This document shows, piece by piece, positions 9,536-20,923 of a stretch of 64,000 bases of DNA. Made by a program: the position numbers and the translations under genes. The stretch spans positions 96,001 to 160,000 of the forward strand of contig CAVRCJ010000003.1 in the NCBI GenBank assembly GCA_963719515.1. The letters are read 5' to 3'. Under the pieces are notes generated by a model, which was not told the DNA's origin, ran no database searches, and saw nothing but the letters and a program-made list of their open reading frames with translations. Position 1 is the first letter of the stretch. Each line of letters begins with the position of its first letter. This DNA is from an uncultured cyanobacterium (lineage in GTDB: Bacteria > Cyanobacteriota > Cyanobacteriia > CAKZMO01).

Positions 9536-9907
9536 TACAGATAGAGCATTCTTGGCGTGCTCCGCTCCATTCGAGTTTCCCTCAATCGTAGCGACAAGAC
9601 TGGCCCCACCGATCAAGAGCAAATACTGCTGTGAGAAGATCTCAGGGTTTTTGACGCCGGCTTCCGCAGCTAGGCGCATCACATACTGGCGGATAGACTC
9701 TCTCACATTCACGGAAGTTTGATGCGCCGGATGGGCTGCATCTGCAAGCTCCAAGACAGCGTTGATGAACGGGCAGCCTCGAAAGCTCGGGTCAGCGTAC
9801 CAATTTTGCAGCACATCAAAGGTGGCCAGCAGCCGCTCTTTAGCGATGTTGCCGCGATCTTCAACGGCAGACTCAAACCACTGGAGCCACTGCACCGCCC
9901 GGTATTC
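9518..9907 (-). pseudogene. TetR-family regulator, ligand-binding C-terminal domain only
   Basis: RLLATFDVLQNWY...FRGCPFINAVLE is typical of TetR C-domains. The in-frame upstream sequence shows no HTH. Confidence 0.75.
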
Positions 9908-10157
9908 ATCACCATGAGGTCGAAGCCACTTTGGTTTCAGGAAAACCGAAGCAACAGGGTGTGAGAACCGTATTTTGTAGCCTTCATTTTGGTTTGTACT
10001 GCTCAGCGCAGTAGGGGAATCTCGTCTGGTTACCCAAAAAATAGTCTTGCATAATCGAGTTGTTGAGACGTTAAAACCTGTAGCGTAAGCCCAACTTTGC
10101 GATCGCTTCACCGCTTCGTCTCTTGCAACGACTACTATCCAAAGAGACAAAACCAGC

Positions 10158-11927
10158 ATGAAAACGGCAACCCTCTCCCACGCGGCCTACAGCACTTTTA
10201 TTGAGCAGGTCAGCGGTCAGCAAGTGCTGCGCGTGACCTTTAAACCCCATCGAATTGAATATTGCCTCAAGCCTGACTATGGCTACAAGCGGTTTTACAC
10301 CAATAAACCAGCGGGCAACACCGACGATATTCCCGCCCTGCTGCGGACTCACGGCGTTGAATTTTCGGCGCCGAGCGCTGACCTGGGGGTTATCACAGGG
10401 CTACTGGGGCTCCTTTCAACAGGGGCGCTGCTGGGAGCAGCTTGGTTGATGAAAGAAAATGCTGGGGGAGCCGGGATGGGTGCCGTGCCAGGCAAGACCA
10501 AAGCAAGAACCTACAGCCCTAGCAAAGGTAGCAGCAAGCGAATCACCTTTGCCGATGTGGCGGGGGTTGATGAGGCTAAGCAGGAGCTTCAAGAAGTGGT
10601 TGGCTTCCTCAAAGATGGGGAGAAGTACCGCAAGATTGGGGCGAAGATGCCGAAGGGAGTACTGCTAGTGGGGCCTCCGGGAACGGGTAAAACTTTGCTG
10701 GCAAAGGCGGTAGCGGGAGAGGCCAACGTACCCTTTTTAAGCATGGCCGCGTCGGAATTTGTGGAGCTTTACGTGGGTGTGGGCGCATCGCGGGTGCGGG
10801 ATCTGTTCAATAAAGCCAAGCGGCAAGCGCCCTGCATTGTTTTTATTGATGAGCTAGACGCCATTGGCAAATCTCGGGGCGGCAACCCTCAAGGTGGGAA
10901 TGACGAGCGGGAGCAGACCTTAAACCAGCTGTTAACAGAAATGGATGGGTTCGACGGTAACGAAGGCGTGATCCTGATTGCCGCTACCAACCGCCCTGAA
11001 ATTCTCGACCCGGCCCTGAAGCGAGCGGGACGCTTTGACCGCCAGGTGTTGGTAGATCGCCCCGATAAAAGCGGGCGTCTGGAGATTTTGCAGGTGCATT
11101 CTCGCCAGGTGCTGATGGGCGGGGACGTAGATTTGGAGGCGATCGCCGCTCAAACCTCAGGCTTTGCCGGAGCGGATCTGGCCAACTTGATCAATGAAGC
11201 GGCCCTGCTGGCGGCGCGCAACAACCGCGAGGCGGTGATGATGGCGGATGTGAGAGAAGCCATTGAGCGCGTGGTGGCGGGGCTGGAAAAGCGATCGCGC
11301 ATTCTCTCCCCCACAGAGCGCAAGACTGTGGCCTACCACGAAGTGGGTCACGCTATCGTCGGCGCGCTGATGCCCGGCGGGTCTAAGGTCTCGAAGATCT
11401 CCATCGTTCCCCGGGGCCGAGGAGCCTTGGGCTATACGATGCAAACTCCCGAAGGCGATCGCTTTTTGATTTTAGAAGATGAGCTGCGGGGCCAACTTGC
11501 CACGCTGTTGGGCGGGCGCTCGGCGGAGGAGGTGGTGTTCGGTAAAGTGTCGTCCGGGGCCAGTGACGATATCCAAAAGGCGACGGACTTAGCAGAACGC
11601 GCCGTGACCCAGTACGGCATGGCCCGCGACTTGGGTCCCATTGCCTTTGAGAAAAGCCAGTCGCAGTTCCTGGACAATGGCAGCACCCGCCGTCCGATGG
11701 GGGGTGACGTTGCCGCCGAGATTGATCGGCTGGTAACGCAGTCGATTCACCACGCCCACGATATGGCGATCGCTATCTTGAACCTCAACCGTGATTTGCT
11801 AGAGTCTATGGCCCAGCAGCTTTTGGCGGATGATGTCCTAGAGGGCGAGCAGCTGAAGGAGATGCTGGCTCAGGCTCAAAACCCGGTGAATACGCAAATC
11901 TGGCTGGCGACGGGGCAAATGGCTTAG
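10158..11927 (+). CDS. ftsH: ATP-dependent zinc metalloprotease FtsH (FtsH4-like paralog, short N-terminus)
   Basis: Walker A GPPGTGKT, Walker [28 protein letters not shown] zinc motif, GASDDI. Confidence 0.95.
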   Translation: MKTATLSHAAYSTFIEQVSGQQVLRVTFKPHRIEYCLKPDYGYKRFYTNKPAGNTDDIPALLRTHGVEFSAPSADLGVITGLLGLLSTGALLGAAWLMKENAGGAGMGAVPGKTKARTYSPSKGSSKRITFADVAGVDEAKQELQEVVGFLKDGEKYRKIGAKMPKGVLLVGPPGTGKTLLAKAVAGEANVPFLSMAASEFVELYVGVGASRVRDLFNKAKRQAPCIVFIDELDAIGKSRGGNPQGGNDEREQTLNQLLTEMDGFDGNEGVILIAATNRPEILDPALKRAGRFDRQVLVDRPDKSGRLEILQVHSRQVLMGGDVDLEAIAAQTSGFAGADLANLINEAALLAARNNREAVMMADVREAIERVVAGLEKRSRILSPTERKTVAYHEVGHAIVGALMPGGSKVSKISIVPRGRGALGYTMQTPEGDRFLILEDELRGQLATLLGGRSAEEVVFGKVSSGASDDIQKATDLAERAVTQYGMARDLGPIAFEKSQSQFLDNGSTRRPMGGDVAAEIDRLVTQSIHHAHDMAIAILNLNRDLLESMAQQLLADDVLEGEQLKEMLAQAQNPVNTQIWLATGQMA

Positions 11928-11930
11928 GAG

Positions 11931-12035
11931 TATTGCGCTGGTTCAGTTGCTTAGGACACCAGAAACGGCTGAAAGTCTGACGTTGTGTAGGCAACTGAAC
12001 GCGCAAATGTCCTAATGCCTCAGGATATTTGCTAT
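11931..12035 (-). repeat. ~105-bp MITE-like dispersed repeat, copy A
   Basis: Reverse complement aligns with 27650-27754 (atagcaaat.tcct.aggc.ttaggacatttgcgcg...ttgccta...tgtcctaagcaa). Contains internal palindromes. Confidence 0.75.
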
Positions 12036-12060
12036 CCCGTATACCGCCATATCATCGTAT

Positions 12061-12090
12061 TGGTAGGGACAGAATGTCGTGTCCCTACCA
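12061..12090. repeat. GTAG-type REP-like hairpin
   Basis: tggtagggaca-gaatgtcg-tgtccctacca, between convergent genes. Confidence 0.6.
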
Positions 12091-12135
12091 GATCCACGTT
12101 GAGAGCTCCTCTAGCCGACCTAGTGAATCCTTAGA

Positions 12136-13353
12136 TCATCTACAACCTGCACTCACTGGGCTAAAGACTGGCGCAGGTTGCCACGCTCTTGCCGTATCTA
12201 GCAGGTATTTTTCGACAAAGGTTTCTAGGCCAGATCGAGAAACATGCTCCATTGTGAAAATGTGCGTATAATCTCCCTCCGCAGCACTATAGCGAGGCAA
12301 GTGGTACTCTCGGGCAAGTTGAGGAGACGGTGCCGGTAGAACGGCACAGGGGGAATGGCTATTGCACCAGGCTGAAACGCCATTCTGGCGCAGTAAATCG
12401 ACCAACCACGCTGCTTTATCAATTACCCGCTGAGTTCTTTTACGCATCTCTGAATGGCCTAGATGCTTTAACTTCATCAGGGTGATGAAGGGAGACAGTC
12501 CATCGCGGGAGCCGCCAAGGGTGGTGTCGTACGAGGAATAATGCTCAGCGTAGAGAGAAGGCGGCAAGTTCTGGAGGCTACTTTTTCGGGCAATGAAAAG
12601 CGAGCCAGGTAAAGGAATACCCAGTCTTTTGTGAAAGCTGACGGATAGAGAATCTGCCTCCAAGATCCGAAAGTCTAATTTAATGGGTTCCCCCATTAAG
12701 AAAGGGGTAACCATTCCCCCTAGGGCCGCATCAATGTGCAAGTGGTAATCATCAGGTTCAATACCACAGCCAGAGATGACCTGAAGCAGCTCTTCAGAAT
12801 TGTCGTAGGCCCCTTTGGTTACAGAGCCGGAACAAAACGCAAAGATGTAGTTTTTTCTATTGAGCGCTTTTAGCTGCTCTTCAAGATGGTCCGGCAGCAT
12901 CCTCCCCTGCAAATCCGTCTTTATCTTGACAAGCTCTTTGCATCTAGTGACAACTGCAGCTTTCTCAAAGCTATTGTGAGATTCTTCAGAAATGATAATG
13001 GTCGGTTCTTCAAACCGCCTCATGCCTAAATGCACGCCATGCATGTTTGAGAGCGTTGACCCAGGATTGTAGTATCCCCAACTATTATCTGAGCTTAGAT
13101 GCAGTAGAGAAGAAACCAAGCTGACCAACTCTCTCTCATAGTCAAAAGTCACTAAATGTCCGCCTTGGCCGGAGAAAGGATCTCCTAAATTGTTAAGGGT
13201 GTGCGATAAGAGCGGAGCAAACATCTGACAATCTCGAACATCCTGGTTAATTTGGATACCAAAGCACTTATGCTGCTCTTGGTCCAAAAAATGCAAGAAT
13301 GCCTTAACTTCTTGCTGAACTCGATCGAGGCTTAATCCTGGAAGAGCATCCAT
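12136..13353 (-). CDS. Group II PLP-dependent amino-acid decarboxylase (histidine/serine decarboxylase-like)
   Basis: Motifs LNNLGDPF, HIDAALGG, SLSVSFHK (PLP Lys) and GSRDG. Confidence 0.88.
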   Translation of the reverse strand: MDALPGLSLDRVQQEVKAFLHFLDQEQHKCFGIQINQDVRDCQMFAPLLSHTLNNLGDPFSGQGGHLVTFDYERELVSLVSSLLHLSSDNSWGYYNPGSTLSNMHGVHLGMRRFEEPTIIISEESHNSFEKAAVVTRCKELVKIKTDLQGRMLPDHLEEQLKALNRKNYIFAFCSGSVTKGAYDNSEELLQVISGCGIEPDDYHLHIDAALGGMVTPFLMGEPIKLDFRILEADSLSVSFHKRLGIPLPGSLFIARKSSLQNLPPSLYAEHYSSYDTTLGGSRDGLSPFITLMKLKHLGHSEMRKRTQRVIDKAAWLVDLLRQNGVSAWCNSHSPCAVLPAPSPQLAREYHLPRYSAAEGDYTHIFTMEHVSRSGLETFVEKYLLDTARAWQPAPVFSPVSAGCR

Positions 13354-13713
13354 GGGCGATGAGAAGTTAGTTTTCAGAGCAATACATACCGCGAAAATAT
13401 AATTCGCGTATACCGTGTTTTCTACAGTCACGCTTTGATGGTCCTGCAGAAGTTAGGTAGGATTGGCGTTGTCTATCAATAGTCATGCCAGTCTTCAGGT
13501 CCCCATTTCTGAAAATGGTCCGCTATATGAATTATTTTTTATAAGAGAGAAATTCTAAGGATAGTTATGGACAGCTCGTTGCGTTGACAAGACTGCGAAA
13601 TATTTCGCCACTATTGCCGCATTATTCGAACATGACGACAAGGCAATATAGATATTCTGTCGATTTAAATATAATTTAGCTATAGATTTGTACTGACGAT
13701 AACGGGGGGCTTC

Positions 13714-13950
13714 ATGTCTGGTTCTACTGAGCGCGAGCCCGTTAAGGCTGGCAATATTGTCTACCTGAAAAACAGGAGTGGCCAATACCTGACTTTGGCT
13801 GATGCGGGTAGAACCAAACGGTACTACTGGCCAAGATTAAGCGCCAATATAGAAAAGAAAGCCGCTACTTCGGAACACCGTAATCCAAAATTTGGCGAGA
13901 TGATGGATGCGATCGCTGAATTTGAACAAGCGATGACGGAGAAAATTTAA
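13714..13950 (+). CDS. Short hypothetical ORF, possibly a gene fragment
   Basis: 78-aa ORF with a purine-rich upstream sequence; no recognisable complete domain. Confidence 0.3.
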   Translation: MSGSTEREPVKAGNIVYLKNRSGQYLTLADAGRTKRYYWPRLSANIEKKAATSEHRNPKFGEMMDAIAEFEQAMTEKI

Positions 13951-14042
13951 ATAGAGCAGGAACGCCCTAGCTTCAAGCGCTGCGTGAGCGTTTCTAATCT
14001 CAAGAACGGCCTACTTATAATGAAGGGATAGAGCCTGTGCCC

Positions 14043-14375
14043 CTAACGCCGCCTATTGGGTGGCCCAAACAGGCCAAACCATCCTGGACTCGGCTTATCA
14101 GCCCTACGAGCGTGATGGTGCTCAGCCCTAGTGCGGCCTACGGAATTACCGCCGAGAAACCGGGACAGCATGGTCACGGGTTTGAGCAGCCGCTCATCGG
14201 TGTCTCCGCCCTCTATGACGGTTTTAATGGACCACCATTTAGAAAGTAAGCCCCCCGTCCAACCTGCCAGCGCCCCTAGGAAGATGCTCTGCACAGCCGA
14301 AAATCCCGCTAGCCAGAAGCACAACAGAAAGACAAGCCAAAACTTTAGAGCTGCTGCAACTTTAATCATTAGCAA
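14043..14375 (-). CDS. Small hypothetical membrane protein
   Basis: Two N-terminal hydrophobic segments and a basic tail; lies immediately downstream of the kinase gene on the same strand. Confidence 0.6.
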   Translation of the reverse strand: MLMIKVAAALKFWLVFLLCFWLAGFSAVQSIFLGALAGWTGGLLSKWWSIKTVIEGGDTDERLLKPVTMLSRFLGGNSVGRTRAEHHHARRADKPSPGWFGLFGPPNRRR

Positions 14376-14405
14376 TAGGCGGTAGACAAATAATCAGGTG
14401 ATGCC

Positions 14406-15941
14406 TTAGCGATCGCTACTGAGTGGCTCAAGCTGAGACGAAACGGGCTGAGTCGTATCGACGGCATGAACGTAGGGCTGCTCGTCCGCAGTAAAGGACT
14501 CGAACGTCTGTTTCTCCATCACCTCTACCGTAGCATCTGCAATATCCTGCCGGGACCGGAGGCGATCGCTCCTCACGTCTTGGGGAGCCTCACAATGGAC
14601 GATCTGTAGTGGCACCTGACGGGCCTTAGCCTCAGTTAGGATTGCGGATCGCTGGGCAGCGCGATCGTATTTGGCATCTAGAATCACAGAATACCCCGCG
14701 TCAATCAGCTTAAACGCCAGGTCAGCGAGCCTAGCGTAGGTCTTCTGCGTCATTTCGGGGGTGTAAAGGCTATCGTCCCCCTTTTGCTGTAGAGGGACGC
14801 CGCCTAGATGCTTACGGACGGCGTCGGAGCGGATTTGAATGGCTCCGGTGTGAGCCGCTAACTCCCGGCCCACGGTGGATTTACCGCTGCCCGACAGCCC
14901 ACTCATCAGGGTGAGGGTACCCTGGCTCGGTTGAGCATAGCGCCAGGCCAGCCGGTAGTAGCGGGCGGCGGTGGCGGTGGCGGCCTGCTTGTCCTCGGCG
15001 GAGACGCTGGGGTCGCCCAGCAGGAACGAGGTCACCTTGGCCCGCACGTAGGTTTGGCGGCTGACATAGAGGGGCAAGACTTGCAGGCCCTCCCAGTCTC
15101 CGGTTTGCTCGACGTAGGCGTTGAGGAACAGGGTGCTGAGGTCGGGCCGCTCTCCCGCCTCTAGGTCCATGACGATGTAGGCCACGTCGAACATGACGTC
15201 GACGTAGCGAAAGGACTCGTTGAACTCAATGCAGTCAAACAGCAGATACTGGTCTTGCCAGTAGCAAATATTGTTAAGATGCAGGTCGCCGTGGCACTCC
15301 CGAATCCAGCCGTTGTCGATGCGCGAGCGGAACAGGGGAGCTTGCTGCTCAAAGAAGCGATCGGTGTAGGCGCGGGTGTCGTCGAACTGCTGCTGGGTTT
15401 GAGGACCGCCAATGTACTGCTCCGTCTGGTCGTAGTTTTCGTCGATGGACTGCCGCACCTGGGCAACTTCGCCAAAGCTACGCACGTAGTCGCTGGAGGG
15501 GGCCGCCTGGTGGAACGCTGCAATCTTGCTGGCCAGCGTCTGGAGCTGCTCCGGCCCCAGTCCCCGCTCGAAGTAGCGGCTCAGCAGAGTGTCTTGGGGA
15601 AACTGCCGCATCTTGACGGCGTATTCGACGGGTTCCCCATCGCCGCCCAAGATGTAGCGATCGCCTTGTTGAGCGATAGGTAAAACTTCCAGGTAGATCT
15701 CAGGCGCGCCGCGCTGGTTAAGGCGCAGTTCTTCATGGCAAAAGTGCTTACGCCGGTCCAGAGTTGAATAGTTCAAAAAGCCAAAGTCTAAAGGCTTTTT
15801 CACCTTGTAGGCAAATTCCCCCGTCAGCAGAACGTAGGAAATATGGGTTTGTACAAGCTGAATCGGCGTTTGAACCGCATGACTGTAAAAGTCAGGGCTC
15901 AGCATCTGCTCGATCAAGGCTGGCCTGGTCGTATCGCTCAT
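14406..15941 (-). CDS. Aminoglycoside-phosphotransferase-like kinase fused to a P-loop (AAA_33/gluconate kinase-like) domain
   Basis: Motifs QTHIS, AYKVKKP, RECHGDLHLNNI and FDCIEFN, followed by GLSGSGKST and RSDAVRK. Confidence 0.9.
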   Translation of the reverse strand: MSDTTRPALIEQMLSPDFYSHAVQTPIQLVQTHISYVLLTGEFAYKVKKPLDFGFLNYSTLDRRKHFCHEELRLNQRGAPEIYLEVLPIAQQGDRYILGGDGEPVEYAVKMRQFPQDTLLSRYFERGLGPEQLQTLASKIAAFHQAAPSSDYVRSFGEVAQVRQSIDENYDQTEQYIGGPQTQQQFDDTRAYTDRFFEQQAPLFRSRIDNGWIRECHGDLHLNNICYWQDQYLLFDCIEFNESFRYVDVMFDVAYIVMDLEAGERPDLSTLFLNAYVEQTGDWEGLQVLPLYVSRQTYVRAKVTSFLLGDPSVSAEDKQAATATAARYYRLAWRYAQPSQGTLTLMSGLSGSGKSTVGRELAAHTGAIQIRSDAVRKHLGGVPLQQKGDDSLYTPEMTQKTYARLADLAFKLIDAGYSVILDAKYDRAAQRSAILTEAKARQVPLQIVHCEAPQDVRSDRLRSRQDIADATVEVMEKQTFESFTADEQPYVHAVDTTQPVSSQLEPLSSDR

Positions 15942-16057
15942 AGAGACTGGGTCAAGATAACAAAAGCCAGGAAAATTCCCTGGCTTGGACATTATTGCAC
16001 TGATTGCAGCGCTACATGCATTGAAGCGTTAGAGGGGTGCGCTTAGAACTTCAGGCT

Positions 16058-16711
16058 TTATTCTGCCTGAGCCGTCTCTGCGTCTAACTCATTAGTCGCC
16101 TCTGGCGCAGCCAAACCAGTGAGAGCGTCACTGGCCTCATCGGCTGCAGTAGGTAGGGTGGGAGACTGAACTGAGACTACCGTGCGCTGAGGATCGAGGG
16201 TCGACTTGACTCCTTTGGGAAGAACGACGTCTTCGACGTGCAAAATATCTCCCACCTTAAGAAAGGAGATATCGACGTCAATGACCTCAGGAATCGCGGT
16301 GGGATCACACTGAATAGGCATCTCGTTAACAATCGTATCGAGGATACCTTTTTCCTCCGTCACGCCCACAGCCTCGCCCGTAAAGTTGAGGGGTACAACG
16401 ACGTCAACGGAAGACTGGTTGGCGACGGAGAAAAAGCTCAGAGAGTATATTGACCCGCGCCAGGGGTGCATCTGCGCCTCACGAATCAGCACCTGACCAT
16501 CCCATGACATATCGGGAATCGAGAGCTTAACGAGCGAGCCGTTGACGGTGGCGTAGCGCAGCAGGGTGGTCGCGTCCTTGGCGTCAATGGTCAAATCGAT
16601 CGAATTGCTGCCGTCGTGACCGTAGAGAGAGGCCGGAATGCGGCCTTCCCGGCGGAGCGCCCGCGGTTTGCTGCCGGGCGATCGCGTTTCGCAGTTGAGC
16701 GTGAGTTCCAT
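16058..16711 (-). CDS. rplY: 50S ribosomal protein L25/general stress protein Ctc
   Basis: Motifs RALRREGRIPASLYG, QMHPWRG and VPLNFTGEAVG. Confidence 0.95.
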   Translation of the reverse strand: MELTLNCETRSPGSKPRALRREGRIPASLYGHDGSNSIDLTIDAKDATTLLRYATVNGSLVKLSIPDMSWDGQVLIREAQMHPWRGSIYSLSFFSVANQSSVDVVVPLNFTGEAVGVTEEKGILDTIVNEMPIQCDPTAIPEVIDVDISFLKVGDILHVEDVVLPKGVKSTLDPQRTVVSVQSPTLPTAADEASDALTGLAAPEATNELDAETAQAE

Positions 16712-16790
16712 AGTGGTGTGTCTCCCTCGATGTAGTTTTAGTGTTGTTGCAGTGTCGGTCTATTCACTAAGCTTGCCGGGCGCTAGCCTC

Positions 16791-18179
<1,389 letters not shown>

Positions 18180-18247
18180 CTACTTAAAGTCACAAATTAC
18201 AATTATGCTCAAATATATGCAATTGTGTCAACTCATCGGAGATCACT

Positions 18248-19273
18248 ATGGCTCTTCACGCTGAACTGCACAGACATCTGGGGGGCTCTGTGGTTCCCCG
18301 CGTATTGTGGCGCTATTTTCAGCGCAGCGACGCTGAGCTGGCGCAGCGCTTTCCCGACTACGCCGAGTTCGAAGCCTTTTATACTCGCCCTCGCAATACC
18401 CTAGACGAGTACTTGGAGCTGCACACGCTCGTAGAGGGCGTGCAGACCGAGACGGCCCTCCCCTACTTTGTCTACCGGCTGGTGAGGGGAGCCTATATTT
18501 TTGAAAACCTGGCGTATCTAGAGCTGCGCTATACCCCCTACCTGAGAACCCCAGAGCACTTGAGCCAGAGCGATCGCATCGAGGCCATGGCGCGGGTGGT
18601 TGAGGTGGTGGGGGAGGCCGGAAGCATTGAAGACTATCCCATTGTCCTGCGCCAAATCCTATGTATGCATTCCCGGCTGCCCTACGAGGTCAACCGCGCC
18701 ATCGTAGACTTGGCGGCGGCGTCACCCTACGTCTGCGCCATAGATTTAGCGGGCGGGGACGCCCACTACAGCGATCGCCTTGCGGAATATGCATCGCTCT
18801 ACGAGTACGCCCGCGATCGCGGACTCAAAACCACCGGTCACCTCTACGAGACCACCGACGGCTGCTACCCTGAGCTGCTGCCCTATCTGATGCGTATCGG
18901 CCACGGCATCCAAATTCCGCTGCGCCACCCCCACCTGCTAAAGGACGTGGCGGCGCGGGGCCAGTGCCTGGAAGTTTGCCCCACGACTTATCTGAAGACG
19001 GGAACGCTAGAGGAGCTAGGGCAGCTGAAGACCGTATTCGATCGGTGCTTCGACGCAGGGGTAGACATTGCCATCTGCACCGATAACGCCGGACTGCACA
19101 ACGTCCGGCTGCCGTTTGAGTATGAAAGCCTACTCACCCACGACATCATCGACTTTGAGCAGCTGCAGGCCTGTCAGCTCGCGTCATTCCGCCACGCCTT
19201 TGGCTGGCCCCACGACACCTATCCCAGCTCTATTCTCTCCAGCGCACTTCAGCAGCCGTCTTTGCCGGTGTAG
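18248..19273 (+). CDS. add: Adenosine deaminase
   Basis: Motifs AELHRHLGGS, TGHLYE, RIGHG, EVCPT and CTDN. Confidence 0.9.
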   Translation: MALHAELHRHLGGSVVPRVLWRYFQRSDAELAQRFPDYAEFEAFYTRPRNTLDEYLELHTLVEGVQTETALPYFVYRLVRGAYIFENLAYLELRYTPYLRTPEHLSQSDRIEAMARVVEVVGEAGSIEDYPIVLRQILCMHSRLPYEVNRAIVDLAAASPYVCAIDLAGGDAHYSDRLAEYASLYEYARDRGLKTTGHLYETTDGCYPELLPYLMRIGHGIQIPLRHPHLLKDVAARGQCLEVCPTTYLKTGTLEELGQLKTVFDRCFDAGVDIAICTDNAGLHNVRLPFEYESLLTHDIIDFEQLQACQLASFRHAFGWPHDTYPSSILSSALQQPSLPV

Positions 19274-19311
19274 CGCTGGCGGCAGCTGGCTTCGCCCTGC
19301 AGGCGATCGCG

Positions 19312-19656
19312 CTAGAGGCCAGGCAGATTGAGGCCGCCCGTTAGCTCTTCCATGCGATCGCGCATGGTGGCAGTGGATTTGTTGTAGGCGTCCTTCATAG
19401 CGGCGGTAATTAGATCCTCTGCGACGCTGGCTTCTTCCTTGAGGACGTCTGGCGAGAGCACGACCCGACGGGGCTCTTGGTTACCGCTGACGATCACCTT
19501 AACCAAGCCGTCGCCCGCCTGGCCTTCGATCTCCATTTCCTCTAGCTCTTCCTGGAGACGCTTAGCCCCCTCCTGAACCTGTTGAGCCTTTTTGAAGGCG
19601 TCTGCGAGCTCCTTCATTTTGCCTAAACCGAGGCCAAATCCTTGCCCTTTTGTCAT
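19312..19656 (-). CDS. ybaB: YbaB/EbfC nucleoid-associated protein
   Basis: Motifs [18 protein letters not shown] and [10 protein letters not shown]. Start at MTKGQG. Confidence 0.93.
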   Translation of the reverse strand: MTKGQGFGLGLGKMKELADAFKKAQQVQEGAKRLQEELEEMEIEGQAGDGLVKVIVSGNQEPRRVVLSPDVLKEEASVAEDLITAAMKDAYNKSTATMRDRMEELTGGLNLPGL

Positions 19657-19870
19657 GATGTTCCGCTTGTATTGGGTATCTCGTTTACGGTAGTTCGCCA
19701 CGGAGGGACGGCTAGAAAACATCCTAACCAATTTTCGCGTCTCCATGCCGCGTGATTGCCGAACGTCGGCGGGCGGCTACTGGCCGGCCAACGTTTACGC
19801 CACTTTAGCAGCTCAGGGCGCTCCCATCGAAATGCGCCGCTGCTAATTTTGGGAATAGCCTTCGCGGGCG

Positions 19871-20923
19871 CTAAAATTCTCCCAGCAGGCGGACCTCGGG
19901 ATGTAGCCACACAGACCACCGGCTCTCAACCTGCTGCTGCACATGGGCAATCAGGTTGAAAATGTCCTGGGCAGTGGCCCGCTTTAGGTTGACGATGAAG
20001 TTAGCGTGGCGCTCTGACACCTGCGCTTGCCCAATTTGCCAACCCTTGAGCCCGGTTTGTTCGATCAGCCACCCTGCCTTATGGGATGACGGATTACGAA
20101 ACACGCTGCCGCAGCTCGGTAGGTCATAGGGTTGGGTAGTGTGCCGGTAGTTGAGGTACTCTCGGGTTTCGGCGGTGACCCGCTGGGGATCGAAGCCGGG
20201 GGAGAGCTGAAAGGTCGCTTGAGTCACCAGGCTCTGCTGCTGCTGCAAAATGGACGTCCGGTAGTCAAACTGCATCTGATCGACGCCCAGTCTCTGCACT
20301 GTGCCGTCGGGCAGTATCACCTCAGCGTTTAAAAATATGTCCGCTGTCGACCGGCGGTGAGCTCCTGCATTCATTGCGATCGCACCGCCGACGGTACCCG
20401 GAATACCCGCTGCCCACTCTAGCCCTTGCCACCCCCGCTCAGCTACCTGCCAGGCCAGTCGGGCAATAGGTTCGCCCGCCGCTGCCGTGAGCTGCGCAGC
20501 TGTGACGTTAAGGGCGCTATGCCGCAGGTGGCGCGTGCAGATGACGACCCCAGGAATGCCGCGATCGCTTACTAGTAGGTTTGTGCCTGCCCCTAACAGC
20601 GTCACAGGCTGACCGCGATCGTGAGCCCACTGAAAACTCTCTTGCAGCTGCTCGGGCGTGCGTGGAGCAATGAACAGCTCGGCTAAGCCGCCTACTTTAA
20701 AGGACGTGAATTTTCCCAAAGAGACGCAAGGGCGGATTTCACAGCGGGTCTCAGGGAGATAAGCCGGGGCTGGCGATACGCCGATGGGCCCTCTTCCAAT
20801 TGAGGTGGAGACTGCCGGCTGGCTCTGAAGTAATCCCTCTCCTGACGATGGGGACACCGGCAGGCCACCTGAAACATTGTCAGCATTGGGGGCAGAGAAC
20901 TCAGACACTGAAGACTCGATCAT
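19871..20923 (-). CDS. murB: UDP-N-acetylenolpyruvoylglucosamine reductase
   Basis: Motifs TSFKVGG, LGAGTN, GIPGTVGGAIAMNAG, SCGSVFRNP and HANFIVN. Confidence 0.96.
   Translation of the reverse strand: MIESSVSEFSAPNADNVSGGLPVSPSSGEGLLQSQPAVSTSIGRGPIGVSPAPAYLPETRCEIRPCVSLGKFTSFKVGGLAELFIAPRTPEQLQESFQWAHDRGQPVTLLGAGTNLLVSDRGIPGVVICTRHLRHSALNVTAAQLTAAAGEPIARLAWQVAERGWQGLEWAAGIPGTVGGAIAMNAGAHRRSTADIFLNAEVILPDGTVQRLGVDQMQFDYRTSILQQQQSLVTQATFQLSPGFDPQRVTAETREYLNYRHTTQPYDLPSCGSVFRNPSSHKAGWLIEQTGLKGWQIGQAQVSERHANFIVNLKRATAQDIFNLIAHVQQQVESRWSVWLHPEVRLLGEF

Noticed and set aside
9908..10159. N-terminal part of the 213-aa ORF 9518-10159, or a CRISPR leader
   Set aside because: No HTH similarity; it is the ftsH upstream region, and no repeat-spacer array follows.
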